Of a DNA stretch of 64,000 nucleotides, positions 8,955-16,493 are shown in pieces. The translations under genes were made by a program, and so were the position numbers. This DNA is from a virus (Duplodnaviria > Caudoviricetes). Position 1 is the stretch's first letter. Each line of letters opens with the position of its first letter. Below the pieces are notes generated by a model. It worked only from the letters and a program-made list of their open reading frames with translations. It ran no database searches and was not told the origin of the DNA. The DNA is taken from the IMG/VR virus record IMGVR_UViG_3300020404_002009, positions 2,149 through 66,148 of that record; one strand, written 5' to 3'.

Positions 8955-9734
8955 ATGACAGTATTGATATGCGGAGCAAATGGATCGATAGGAAGTTTCG
9001 TAGCACAGGCAGAAGCAAAAGATCATAAAGTGGTGGGCACATACAGAAAGTATGATGAACACGCAAAAGAATTAGATAAAAATCCAAACATCACACTAGT
9101 GCGTAAGAACATGTTCGAGGGTACAGACATGAAGGACGTGGTGGACAAAGCCAGGGAGCAAGGTCCTATAACCAAAGTGTACTGGTTGGTAGGTGAGAGT
9201 TGGAACATCGGTTGGGACAAATTAAAATTACAAGACATTCAAAATGCAGTTAGGATGTGTTCGGAACCTTTGGCAAGCCTAATAATTGAATGCAAACCAG
9301 AGTTGTCAGATGAAAATAATTTAATGCGGTGGGCAAGTATCTCAGGAATAAGCAGTCTGATATATGCAGGTGGACCTAACAAGCCTGCCACAGGTGGAGC
9401 CAAGCACATGGCAGAATTTTATTTTAGATCTGCTAGTGCGTTTTGGACTTGGAAGCAAAACCTTTTTAACAACGTAATACTTGGCAACAGCAGAAGGACA
9501 AAGAATTTACACGTTGGATATCATGGTGATGCTCTCAAACAAATCTATAAGAACGATATTCCATTGGGCACAGGAACCCAATCAGAAAACGTTGCCAATG
9601 TGTTGTTATGGTTGAACAGCGATGTAAACAAATTCATGACAGGCCAAGATATCGTATTTGATGGTGCAGAAACAATCCGCACAAGGGATAATGTCAAAGA
9701 CACACCCATGAAGGATCATCCAAAATATTATTAA
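8955..9734 (+). CDS. Short-chain dehydrogenase/reductase (atypical active site)
   Basis: ICGANGSIG Rossmann motif, FMTGQDIVFDG C-terminal motif; the YxxxK Tyr is replaced (TGGAK). GAGG SD before ATG 8955. Confidence 0.8.
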   Translation: MTVLICGANGSIGSFVAQAEAKDHKVVGTYRKYDEHAKELDKNPNITLVRKNMFEGTDMKDVVDKAREQGPITKVYWLVGESWNIGWDKLKLQDIQNAVRMCSEPLASLIIECKPELSDENNLMRWASISGISSLIYAGGPNKPATGGAKHMAEFYFRSASAFWTWKQNLFNNVILGNSRRTKNLHVGYHGDALKQIYKNDIPLGTGTQSENVANVLLWLNSDVNKFMTGQDIVFDGAETIRTRDNVKDTPMKDHPKYY

Positions 9735-9925
9735 GCGGCGAATCTAAAGTATTCTGCTTCTTCGTCAGTGAACGGAACTTGATTTTTTGAATAGTCGGCC
9801 AGTGGAGCAAGTTCGTTTAAGCACTTGTCTTTGTACCTTTCCCAATACCATCCAGACTCATCCCATTTTTTTTCCTGTTTAGGAAAAGTCAAGTAATCTG
9901 CTTCTTCGTCAGTATAGGGCCACAT
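9731..9925 (-). CDS. Small acidic/aromatic protein with internal repeat and C-terminal AA
   Basis: MWPYTDEEADY...VPFTDEEAEYFRFAA; start overlaps upstream stop (TAATG). Confidence 0.7.
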   Translation of the reverse strand: MWPYTDEEADYLTFPKQEKKWDESGWYWERYKDKCLNELAPLADYSKNQVPFTDEEAEYFRFAA

Positions 9926-10083
9926 TATTGTATTACCTTCCAATGGTCAGGCCATTGTTCATTAGTTTGTTCATTTACAGTCACGAACTCCGTGTCCGGT
10001 GTTTCATCCCAACAACAGTCGTCACGAGAAACACATTTGCTTTCTACATAAACCTTTAGGCTTTTCTTTTTGTCTGCGTACAT
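9925..10083 (-). CDS. 52-aa hypothetical protein (not in ORF track)
   Basis: MYADKKKSLKVYVESKCVSRDDCCWDETP...WKVIQ; AAAGGA SD; coupled to the next gene. Confidence 0.65.
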   Translation of the reverse strand: MYADKKKSLKVYVESKCVSRDDCCWDETPDTEFVTVNEQTNEQWPDHWKVIQ

Positions 10084-10095
10084 TGTTTGTTTCCT

Positions 10096-10226
10096 TTTGT
10101 AAATTAATTTTTGTAAATTTACTTATTGTAAACTTATACACAAAACCGTTGAAAATCAAGTCATACGTTGTAAACGGAGTAAATTTTTTGTAAATTTAAA
10201 TTTACAAAATTTACAAATAGTAAATT
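10096..10226. repeat. TTGTAAA(TT) direct and inverted repeat array with 24-bp palindrome
   Basis: Copies at 10096, 10110, 10126, 10168, 10187 and inverted copies near 10199 and 10208; TTTTGTAAATTTAAATTTACAAAA at 10186-10209. Confidence 0.75.
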
Positions 10227-10377
10227 AGTTGATGAGTGTTTGTTCTACAGGTATTACAGGATACTTGTCTAGTACCTGTCGTTCTTCCGGATAAGTGTAA
10301 GACTCCGGCCATACCCATGTTGTCTGCTCAGGGGTTGATGCCGATAGCAACAACATGAATATGAAAGTTGAAAGCAT
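10225..10377 (-). CDS. 50-aa secreted or membrane protein (not in ORF track)
   Basis: MLSTFIFMLLLSAS hydrophobic N-terminus; TAATG coupling. Confidence 0.55.
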   Translation of the reverse strand: MLSTFIFMLLLSASTPEQTTWVWPESYTYPEERQVLDKYPVIPVEQTLIN

Positions 10378-10487
10378 TATTTCTTCCAGAACATTAGTTT
10401 GGTGCTGGCAGATTTTAGATCATCCCATTTCTCGTTGGCGAACCAACCTACAGCAATACCGATGATTATTCCTAGTGTAAAAAACAT
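10377..10487 (-). CDS. 36-aa single-TM protein (not in ORF track)
   Basis: MFFTLGIIIGIAVGWFANEK...FWKK; AAGGAG SD. Confidence 0.65.
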   Translation of the reverse strand: MFFTLGIIIGIAVGWFANEKWDDLKSASTKLMFWKK

Positions 10488-10501
10488 TTTACTGCTCCTT
10501 A

Positions 10502-10621
10502 TTATTCAACAGTTGGTGCAGGTTCGTTTGCGATAAGCATCCATGCAAATATCACTATGACAACAGCAACACCGATCACTGCTTTTTTGTTTTTCTTAAC
10601 TTCGTCGATAATTTTTTTCAT
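10502..10621 (-). CDS. 39-aa single-TM protein (not in ORF track)
   Basis: MKKIIDEVKKNKKAVIGVAVVIVIFAWMLIANEPAPTVE; AGGAGG SD and TAAATA upstream. Confidence 0.7.
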   Translation of the reverse strand: MKKIIDEVKKNKKAVIGVAVVIVIFAWMLIANEPAPTVE

Positions 10622-10705
10622 TATGCGTCCTCCTAAAGTTAATCGTATTTATTTGTTGCTTCCACCATATAACAATGTTATAATGTGCGTACATAAATAC
10701 CATAT

Positions 10706-10906
10706 ATGAAAAAAATACTATCAATAATGTTCTTAATAGCAGTTACAGGATGTGCAATACCTAAAAATCCTGAAGTGTTAGTTGGTAAAAAATGTTTAGT
10801 GGAAGGTGACAACATCAGTTATTCTTGGGTGTGGATCGCTGAAAAAGGTCTAAGCAATAAACCAACAGCAGAAGCCTGCAACCTACTTCCAAAGAAAGCG
10901 AAGTAG
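10706..10906 (+). CDS. Small lipoprotein
   Basis: Lipobox VTGC; TAAATA at 10694-10699. Confidence 0.75.
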   Translation: MKKILSIMFLIAVTGCAIPKNPEVLVGKKCLVEGDNISYSWVWIAEKGLSNKPTAEACNLLPKKAK

Positions 10907-10907
10907 T

Positions 10908-11219
10908 ATGTACAAGATACTAATACTGGCTTATCTAATAGGCCAAGATCCTGCATCTACGATGAAGACTTTCCAGATGGAAAGAACCTTCGACACCATG
11001 GAACAATGTAAGAAAGAACTATTACTAACAGATCCAGATAGAGGAACTTATGATGTCATGTGGGAGTTTGTAAACGATTTAAACTTCAAATATGACTGGC
11101 TTGCGGCCGCGTGTAAAAATGAGGACGGCACAGAGGAATTTGTAATAGAGCCTTCTTATCCAAAAGGAAAACCACAAGAATTACAAGGTTTAGATATTAT
11201 TCCTGGCGAGAAGATTTAG
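10908..11219 (+). CDS. Hypothetical protein (possibly exported, two Cys)
   Basis: ORF adjacent to the lipoprotein gene; short hydrophobic N-terminus. Confidence 0.65.
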   Translation: MYKILILAYLIGQDPASTMKTFQMERTFDTMEQCKKELLLTDPDRGTYDVMWEFVNDLNFKYDWLAAACKNEDGTEEFVIEPSYPKGKPQELQGLDIIPGEKI

Positions 11220-11481
11220 TTTCTTCCATACTGTCCCATTCTTTATTTGTTTCTTGAACGTCAGTTTTTTTATGTCGTATCTTATCACACTCAGGTGAAT
11301 TAGGTGCAAACATACATCCGATCATTAGACCTATGCTATCTGCTTTGCTTATTGTGTCCATTACGGTTGGTTGCTTTGGACCTTGATCTGGTAGGTGTTT
11401 AGGTGCACATCCACCTAATGCTAGTGTTACCATTACTATAATCAGAATGGCAATAAAAGTTCTCTCATTGAAAAAGTCCAT
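11197..11481 (-). CDS. Putative lipoprotein
   Basis: Start reassigned to MDFFNER (TAAATA 4 nt upstream); hydrophobic stretch ending LALGGC. Confidence 0.65.
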   Translation of the reverse strand: MDFFNERTFIAILIIVMVTLALGGCAPKHLPDQGPKQPTVMDTISKADSIGLMIGCMFAPNSPECDKIRHKKTDVQETNKEWDSMEETKSSRQE

Positions 11482-11515
11482 GAAATATTTAACAGTCGGT
11501 GTCGTAGAATAATGT

Positions 11516-11695
11516 TTATTGAAAAGTATCTTTGGTTGCAACCTTACCAGCGTTAGATCCGTTCTTGATCACATAACTCTGTGTGCCGTTACCACCCACG
11601 TCAACTTCCTTACGCAAGTTCTTTTTTAGCAAAGCCTCTTTGGCTTTTTTCTGCATTTGCTTTGCGTATGCAAGTATTGAATTAACATCTCTCAT
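11516..11695 (-). CDS. 59-aa basic protein (not in ORF track)
   Basis: MRDVNSILAYAK...KEVDVGGNGTQSYVIKNGSNAGK; AGGAGG SD; own promoter. Confidence 0.75.
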   Translation of the reverse strand: MRDVNSILAYAKQMQKKAKEALLKKNLRKEVDVGGNGTQSYVIKNGSNAGKVATKDTFQ

Positions 11696-11713
11696 ATGTG
11701 TCCTCCTAACTTT

Positions 11714-11742
11714 AGTATAAAATATTATTTATGCATTGTCAA
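11714..11742 (-). promoter_or_regulatory. sigma70 promoter with nested TAAATA
   Basis: Minus strand TTGACA-17bp-TATACT; the spacer contains ATAAATA. Confidence 0.7.
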
Positions 11743-11896
11743 CATACCTGGCCTGCATTTTAAACATAGTACATAATGTCAAAATAGGCAGATATATAAC
11801 TGCTCCAGAACAATCATTACCATGCGTGTACGTGCATCTATGTGCGTTTAAAAGGTAGACTAGAACGGGTTTATCGTGTAATATTATTATTAAGAT

Positions 11897-11972
11897 GCCG
11901 CTTTAGCTCAGTTGGTAGAGCAACTGATTTGTAATCAGTAGGTCCGCGGTTCGAATCCGTGAAGCGGCACCA
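11897..11972 (+). tRNA. tRNA-Thr(TGT)
   Basis: Cloverleaf; ACTGA-TTTGTAA-TCAGT anticodon arm; GGTTCGAATCC; encoded CCA. Confidence 0.95.
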
Positions 11973-12054
11973 TGTAAACCAATTATGCCTGAATTACCAT
12001 TATCACCAAAAAAGTCAATGGCCTTGCATGTGATTGGTGTATTTGGACAATTAA

Positions 12055-12129
12055 GGTCCCTTCGTCTATCGGTTAGGACACGTGGTTTTCATCCTCGAAA
12101 GAGGGGTTCGACTCCCCTAGGGACCGCCA
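12055..12129 (+). tRNA. tRNA-Glu(TTC)
   Basis: GGTCCCT acceptor stem; loop TTTTCAT; GGTTCGACTCC; CCA; one T-T mismatch in the anticodon stem. Confidence 0.92.
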
Positions 12130-12135
12130 CACAAT

Positions 12136-12212
12136 CTCCGGGTAGTTCAGTTGGATAGAATACGAGTTTCCTAAACTTGGGGTCGGGGGTTCGAATCCCT
12201 CCCCGGAGGCCA
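12136..12212 (+). tRNA. tRNA-Arg(CCT)
   Basis: CTCCGGG/CCCGGAG acceptor stem; loop TTCCTAA; CCA. Confidence 0.93.
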
Positions 12213-12217
12213 ATAAT

Positions 12218-12294
12218 GGACCGGTAGCTCAGTTGGATAGAGCGTGAGTTTGCGGAACTCAAGGCCATAGGTTCGAATCCTGTCCGGTCCACCA
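12218..12294 (+). tRNA. tRNA-Arg(GCG)
   Basis: GGACCGG/CCGGTCC acceptor stem; TGAGT-TTGCGGA-ACTCA anticodon arm; CCA. Confidence 0.92.
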
Positions 12295-12314
12295 TTTGCA
12301 CAATAATTAATTGT

Positions 12315-12617
12315 GTGCAAAGATTTTATTCAGTCAAGTTAAAAGAAAGAAATGAACAAATACCACCGTTCGTGGCAAAACATCTTTTGAAAAAAGAATC
12401 TCCCTTAATAAATTACCTTGCGGAGAACAAGGCACTCAAATTTGTGCATCGAAAAAAAACTGATACCCTTGACTGCTACGGAGAAGAGAAACATCTAATG
12501 GTTGGCAAACTAAAGTATCCAGACCTATGGGGTCGCAAGACCAGGATGGGATTTATGGAACTATACATCAACATGCGTATACAACAGCAGATGAGTCTAT
12601 CCAGAGGTAGCTCATGA
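12315..12617 (+). CDS. Hypothetical protein
   Basis: 100-aa ORF; overlaps the next gene by ATGA. Confidence 0.6.
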   Translation: MQRFYSVKLKERNEQIPPFVAKHLLKKESPLINYLAENKALKFVHRKKTDTLDCYGEEKHLMVGKLKYPDLWGRKTRMGFMELYINMRIQQQMSLSRGSS

Positions 12618-13303
12618 GATATGGACATTACTCAGACAATGAACTAAAAACTTTTGCCGACTGGCCCTTCAGGTGCCCAAGTTGGAATCCTATGCCGGAT
12701 GGCAAGAAGAATGTGGTTGTTTTGGGTTGTAGCCACACCTGGGGTGTTGGACTGGAGGAGAACGAAACATGGGTGCATCTAATCAGTAAGCACAACAATA
12801 AACGTCTGCGATTCTGGAACCTAGGACAACCTGGTGCCAGTCCCGAAGCGTGTGTTCGCATATTGTACGCCTCCGAAAAGGTTATCAATCCAAAAATAAT
12901 AATTGTGTGTTGGCCTGAGATTAGCAGGCGCGAAAGGCTTGAAACAAACGCACCTCGCAACCTTACAGGATCTGATGAAAGACTGCGTCACGAGGACAAC
13001 GAGACTGATATCAATAATTTTCTTAAATCGGTATTTTTTCTTGAAAAGTTTGCAGAGAAAAACGGTTGCAAGACATTTCATTGTTTTGCCCATGACACTG
13101 TTGATTTAAAAAAACATAATCCAGAACTTAATATTATCCAGGACTATTCATTGAGAAACTGTTGGCCACACTGGGATAAATTCACAGCGAGAGAACTTCA
13201 TACAGAACCTTCGCGAGCAAGGGATGGTATACATTTTGGTGTTGACAATCACAGGCGTTTTGCAAATATAATTATAGAACGTCTTGGTCAGAAGTTAAAG
13301 TAA
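12614..13303 (+). CDS. SGNH/GDSL hydrolase-like protein
   Basis: LGCSHTWG, NLGQPGAS and DGIHFG blocks. Confidence 0.75.
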   Translation: MRYGHYSDNELKTFADWPFRCPSWNPMPDGKKNVVVLGCSHTWGVGLEENETWVHLISKHNNKRLRFWNLGQPGASPEACVRILYASEKVINPKIIIVCWPEISRRERLETNAPRNLTGSDERLRHEDNETDINNFLKSVFFLEKFAEKNGCKTFHCFAHDTVDLKKHNPELNIIQDYSLRNCWPHWDKFTARELHTEPSRARDGIHFGVDNHRRFANIIIERLGQKLK

Positions 13304-14307
13304 TCATTTATATCTATCTTACGTAACCAATCCTGCTTTTTAATAAACAGATTCAATTGCTCATCGTTTTCCTTGCCCACAGCGATTACTTTTGCAATGT
13401 CCTTACACACCTTATAAGAAGAGTTTCCTAGTTTTTCTTTTGCGGATAAGGTGAATCGATTTTTGTGTGTGGGATCATAGACTTCCGGATCATTTAGGAA
13501 TGCCCACGAATGTTCTAGATTGTGTTCAGTCACAAAGTCGAGTATCCTTGGTAAGTTCCCCACATTGATACTGCTTACAGTGGTCCAGGTGTTTAGTCTT
13601 AAAAGCGGAAATCTTTTTTGCAACTCTTTGTATGCTATTACGCTTTTGCTAAACTGTTTCCATTTGATAGGCCACCTTACATAATCGTGGACATCTTCGA
13701 CGCCGTCAAGACTCAAAGTCACTATCACCATGATTCTTTTGCTTAAGATTGTTTCAAGTTCGGGAATCATACGCGAACCGTTCGTGTTCATTCTCACTAT
13801 CCTAACGTTTTTTGGCAGGCGTCCCAATATTTTTTTATAGTTCTTGCTGGCAGTTGGCTCTCCTCCATTTACATCGATCTCTAAAATTCTGTTTAGTGGC
13901 AACTCCCAAAATTTTACATAGTTGTCAACACGTGGATAATCTTTGGATCCCAGGCTTCCGATTTTAGTACTTAGACCTGAATTGCATGTTTGACAAGCAC
14001 TGTTGCATACATTGTCAAGTACACCGCCAACAACAAGGTAGTCGTCCCTAAAAGGTTGTAGCACCTTGTGCCTTTGAATACTTTTGAGACGTATACTTTC
14101 CTGATTTATTTCTTCGGACTGTTTACATCTTACGCATTCGTCTGGCCACTGATCGTTTTCCATTTTGTTTTTGATATCTCTCAACCATTTGCTTTTGTCA
14201 AGTTGTTCAACTGATTCGAATCCCATTTTAGTATCCATGTGGCCGCACTTTCCCACAGTGCCGTTTCGATTCAATCTTACAAAGTGTTTTAATCTAGGAC
14301 AATACAT
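13288..14307 (-). CDS. Radical SAM enzyme with N-terminal SPASM/twitch-like Cys domain
   Basis: CNSACQTC, NGGEP and MNTNGS motifs; N-terminal C...C...CxxC. Confidence 0.85.
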   Translation of the reverse strand: MYCPRLKHFVRLNRNGTVGKCGHMDTKMGFESVEQLDKSKWLRDIKNKMENDQWPDECVRCKQSEEINQESIRLKSIQRHKVLQPFRDDYLVVGGVLDNVCNSACQTCNSGLSTKIGSLGSKDYPRVDNYVKFWELPLNRILEIDVNGGEPTASKNYKKILGRLPKNVRIVRMNTNGSRMIPELETILSKRIMVIVTLSLDGVEDVHDYVRWPIKWKQFSKSVIAYKELQKRFPLLRLNTWTTVSSINVGNLPRILDFVTEHNLEHSWAFLNDPEVYDPTHKNRFTLSAKEKLGNSSYKVCKDIAKVIAVGKENDEQLNLFIKKQDWLRKIDINDYFNF

Positions 14308-14803
14308 TTTTAACCTTATTTAAAACTTCTTTGATGTTGTAAGTGCTGTTGCACATTGATAACAATACGTTATCCTCCTTGCCATAATCCTTTAAGGTTC
14401 TCACAGGTTTTTTGTTTGGTGTTTCGTTCTTGCGGCTGTGTGGTATAGCACTCATGGGTAACAACTGTATGTCACCGTCATAGAATTTACTGAGATGCAT
14501 TATCCAAAAATATTGAGGTAGCCAATGCTTGTCTACTAGTTTGTCATTTTCGATTTGCCTTACAATGTCATCATTTTCGATATTGTTCAGTTGTGAATAT
14601 TTGTTGATGCCCCCACGCCAACGGAGCAATGGATCTCTTATGAAAACATTAATTTTTTCACACTGTTTAATTTCGTCATTATACAGGCTTTGTTCTTTAA
14701 CCTTTTGAAAGCCGTTCCATCCACACTTGAATATCGGGTATATCCATTGTCCTTTGTACAGAATGACCTCGCAACTGTCGGTAAAAATTTTAGTCAAGTT
14801 CAT
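14294..14803 (-). CDS. Sulfotransferase family 2-like protein
   Basis: IFKCG, FIRDPLLRW and DKHWLPQ resemble PAPS-binding motifs; start MNLTK. Confidence 0.6.
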   Translation of the reverse strand: MNLTKIFTDSCEVILYKGQWIYPIFKCGWNGFQKVKEQSLYNDEIKQCEKINVFIRDPLLRWRGGINKYSQLNNIENDDIVRQIENDKLVDKHWLPQYFWIMHLSKFYDGDIQLLPMSAIPHSRKNETPNKKPVRTLKDYGKEDNVLLSMCNSTYNIKEVLNKVKNVLS

Positions 14804-15959
14804 GTAAATCCAACTCCATAAAAAGATCATGGAAAACATTTTTTGAATCTAGTTTCCTTCTTTGGTCCATTTTTCCTATGTTGTAATAAAAGCCTTTCAT
14901 GTTTTTTTGCCATTGTGTGTCCGTGTAATATTTCAACAAGTTTTGATAACTGTTTTTCAAATAGCCTTGGGGGTTGCCATCTAATTTCTCCTGCAATTTT
15001 TCTTTTATGCTATCCAACATCTTCTCTGGTAGATTCATTATATTCAGCCATGACGGTCCAGACACAGGACCAATTATGAAACTGTTGTCATGGAATCCTT
15101 TCGACTGCAGGAAATCAACGCAGTCATGAATGCTTTTGTAATTAAGAATAAAGTGAAGCATATTGAAACTAATTTTATGTTTCAATGTTGTGAGCACATC
15201 TAGATTTTTTGTGAAGTCGCTCCACTTACCTAGATGCCTTATGTATTCGTATTCTTTTTCAATTGCTTCTATGCTAACAGTCCAATGAACGTTCTCGAAG
15301 TCGCAAAGCAGTTCGAAGATACCGGTCTGTGTTGTACTTAGATTTGTGTTCACTCTTACAGTGCATTCCGGATTTTTCTCTTTTAATAATTTTAAGAACT
15401 CAAAATTTTCTTTCATTAACATTGGTTCGCCGCCTGCTAGATAAACATTTTCTAAATTTTCTATGTTCTCAAAAACAAATTGTTTTACCTCGTCTCTTGC
15501 TTCTTTGTTTGATTTTACCTTTACACCCAACTCCTGAGCCCATTTGCTACTGTACTCTGGCATACAATAAACACACGCCTGGTTGCATGAATTTGTCCAT
15601 CGCAGGTCAACATGTTTCAATGTGAAATTTTTTACGTCATCAAAAGTTTTAAGGTCTGTGTTGGGAACAATTCCTTTCAAATAGTACAACCTACTACTGA
15701 TACTACTCAAATCATTTGTATTCTTTTCTTGGTGATAACAACCTTGGCAGTTGCTGGGTTTTTGATCTTGCAACATAGCCTTTTTCAAATTGACATTTTG
15801 GTCACCCGACATTATGTCCTTGATGTTTGCAGTGTTTATGTTGCCTAGGGTGTTTTTGGCAATTATGCAATTTTTAACTCCACCGTTGGGTTCGAGTTCG
15901 AATCCTGTCCAAGGCAGAGCACATATACTTTTGTTCTTCAAAAATGTTTTTGGATTCAT
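14790..15959 (-). CDS. Radical SAM enzyme with N-terminal twitch/SPASM-like domain
   Basis: CALPW...NCI...CQGC, then CNQACVYC, AGGEP and NTN. Confidence 0.88.
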   Translation of the reverse strand: MNPKTFLKNKSICALPWTGFELEPNGGVKNCIIAKNTLGNINTANIKDIMSGDQNVNLKKAMLQDQKPSNCQGCYHQEKNTNDLSSISSRLYYLKGIVPNTDLKTFDDVKNFTLKHVDLRWTNSCNQACVYCMPEYSSKWAQELGVKVKSNKEARDEVKQFVFENIENLENVYLAGGEPMLMKENFEFLKLLKEKNPECTVRVNTNLSTTQTGIFELLCDFENVHWTVSIEAIEKEYEYIRHLGKWSDFTKNLDVLTTLKHKISFNMLHFILNYKSIHDCVDFLQSKGFHDNSFIIGPVSGPSWLNIMNLPEKMLDSIKEKLQEKLDGNPQGYLKNSYQNLLKYYTDTQWQKNMKGFYYNIGKMDQRRKLDSKNVFHDLFMELDLHELD

Positions 15960-16468
15960 TACAGTGTGCCTTGCTCACTTAAAACTTGTTTGACATATTG
16001 TTCAGCCGGGATACTATCGTCGCTACTGAATGACTGCGTGGCAATATTTCCCGGACGTATCAAATTCATTTTGATATTGCTCGGTTGCATCTGCAGTTGT
16101 CTGTGGGCATGTTCCAGTGCCATCTTTTGATTCTTGTACTGCATTGACTCTCTCATCGTAAGACCTTTGATATCTATGTCTTCGGTTTGTTTGCACAACT
16201 GTGTTGAAATGTTCCATATGTAGTGTACATCCTTGTAGGGTTGCCATCTGTGCCACACTTCGAACAACAGTTCAGTCTGTGCGTACATGCTGACAGCGTT
16301 GTTGATGAAAAGGTCACATGGTTCTATTAGTGACGCGGTGTGTGCCACACGCCTGATGTTCTCACCATCACTCCTTGAGATGCCTACTATTTCATGACCT
16401 TGTGCGGCCAGTTGTTTCGCAAACTCTTGGCCTATGCCTTTCTTGTGTCCAGTAATTGCTATTTTCAT
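15959..16468 (-). CDS. Short SDR-family oxidoreductase
   Basis: ITGHKKGIG, FINNA, YKNQK and IRPG motifs. Confidence 0.8.
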   Translation of the reverse strand: MKIAITGHKKGIGQEFAKQLAAQGHEIVGISRSDGENIRRVAHTASLIEPCDLFINNAVSMYAQTELLFEVWHRWQPYKDVHYIWNISTQLCKQTEDIDIKGLTMRESMQYKNQKMALEHAHRQLQMQPSNIKMNLIRPGNIATQSFSSDDSIPAEQYVKQVLSEQGTL

Positions 16469-16477
16469 ACGCACTGG

Positions 16478-16487
16478 TATTTAAATA
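16478..16487. promoter_or_regulatory. Bidirectional late promoter TATTTAAATA
   Basis: Perfect palindrome giving TAAATA on both strands between divergent starts at 16468 and 16494. Confidence 0.6.
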
Positions 16488-16493
16488 GGTGCA

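Noticed and set aside
9731-9800. tmRNA gene suggested by the tag-like ...YFRFAA ending
   Set aside because: No tRNA-like acceptor or T-arm pieces nearby, and the sequence is the end of an ATG-initiated, translationally coupled ORF.
9999-10193. Plus-strand 64-aa ORF in the track
   Set aside because: It runs through the repeat array and is antisense to a better-supported ORF that has an SD.
10096-10226. CRISPR array, or NtcA/CtrA sites
   Set aside because: Repeats are 7-10 bp with irregular spacing and no unique spacers. The palindrome is TGTA-N10-TACA rather than N8, and I saw no TTAA-N7-TTAA.
11973-12054. Possible fifth, degenerate tRNA in the spacer
   Set aside because: Only an imperfect hairpin; no T-loop or CCA.
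12089-12301. Minus-strand 70-aa ORF
   Set aside because: Antisense shadow of three tRNA genes.
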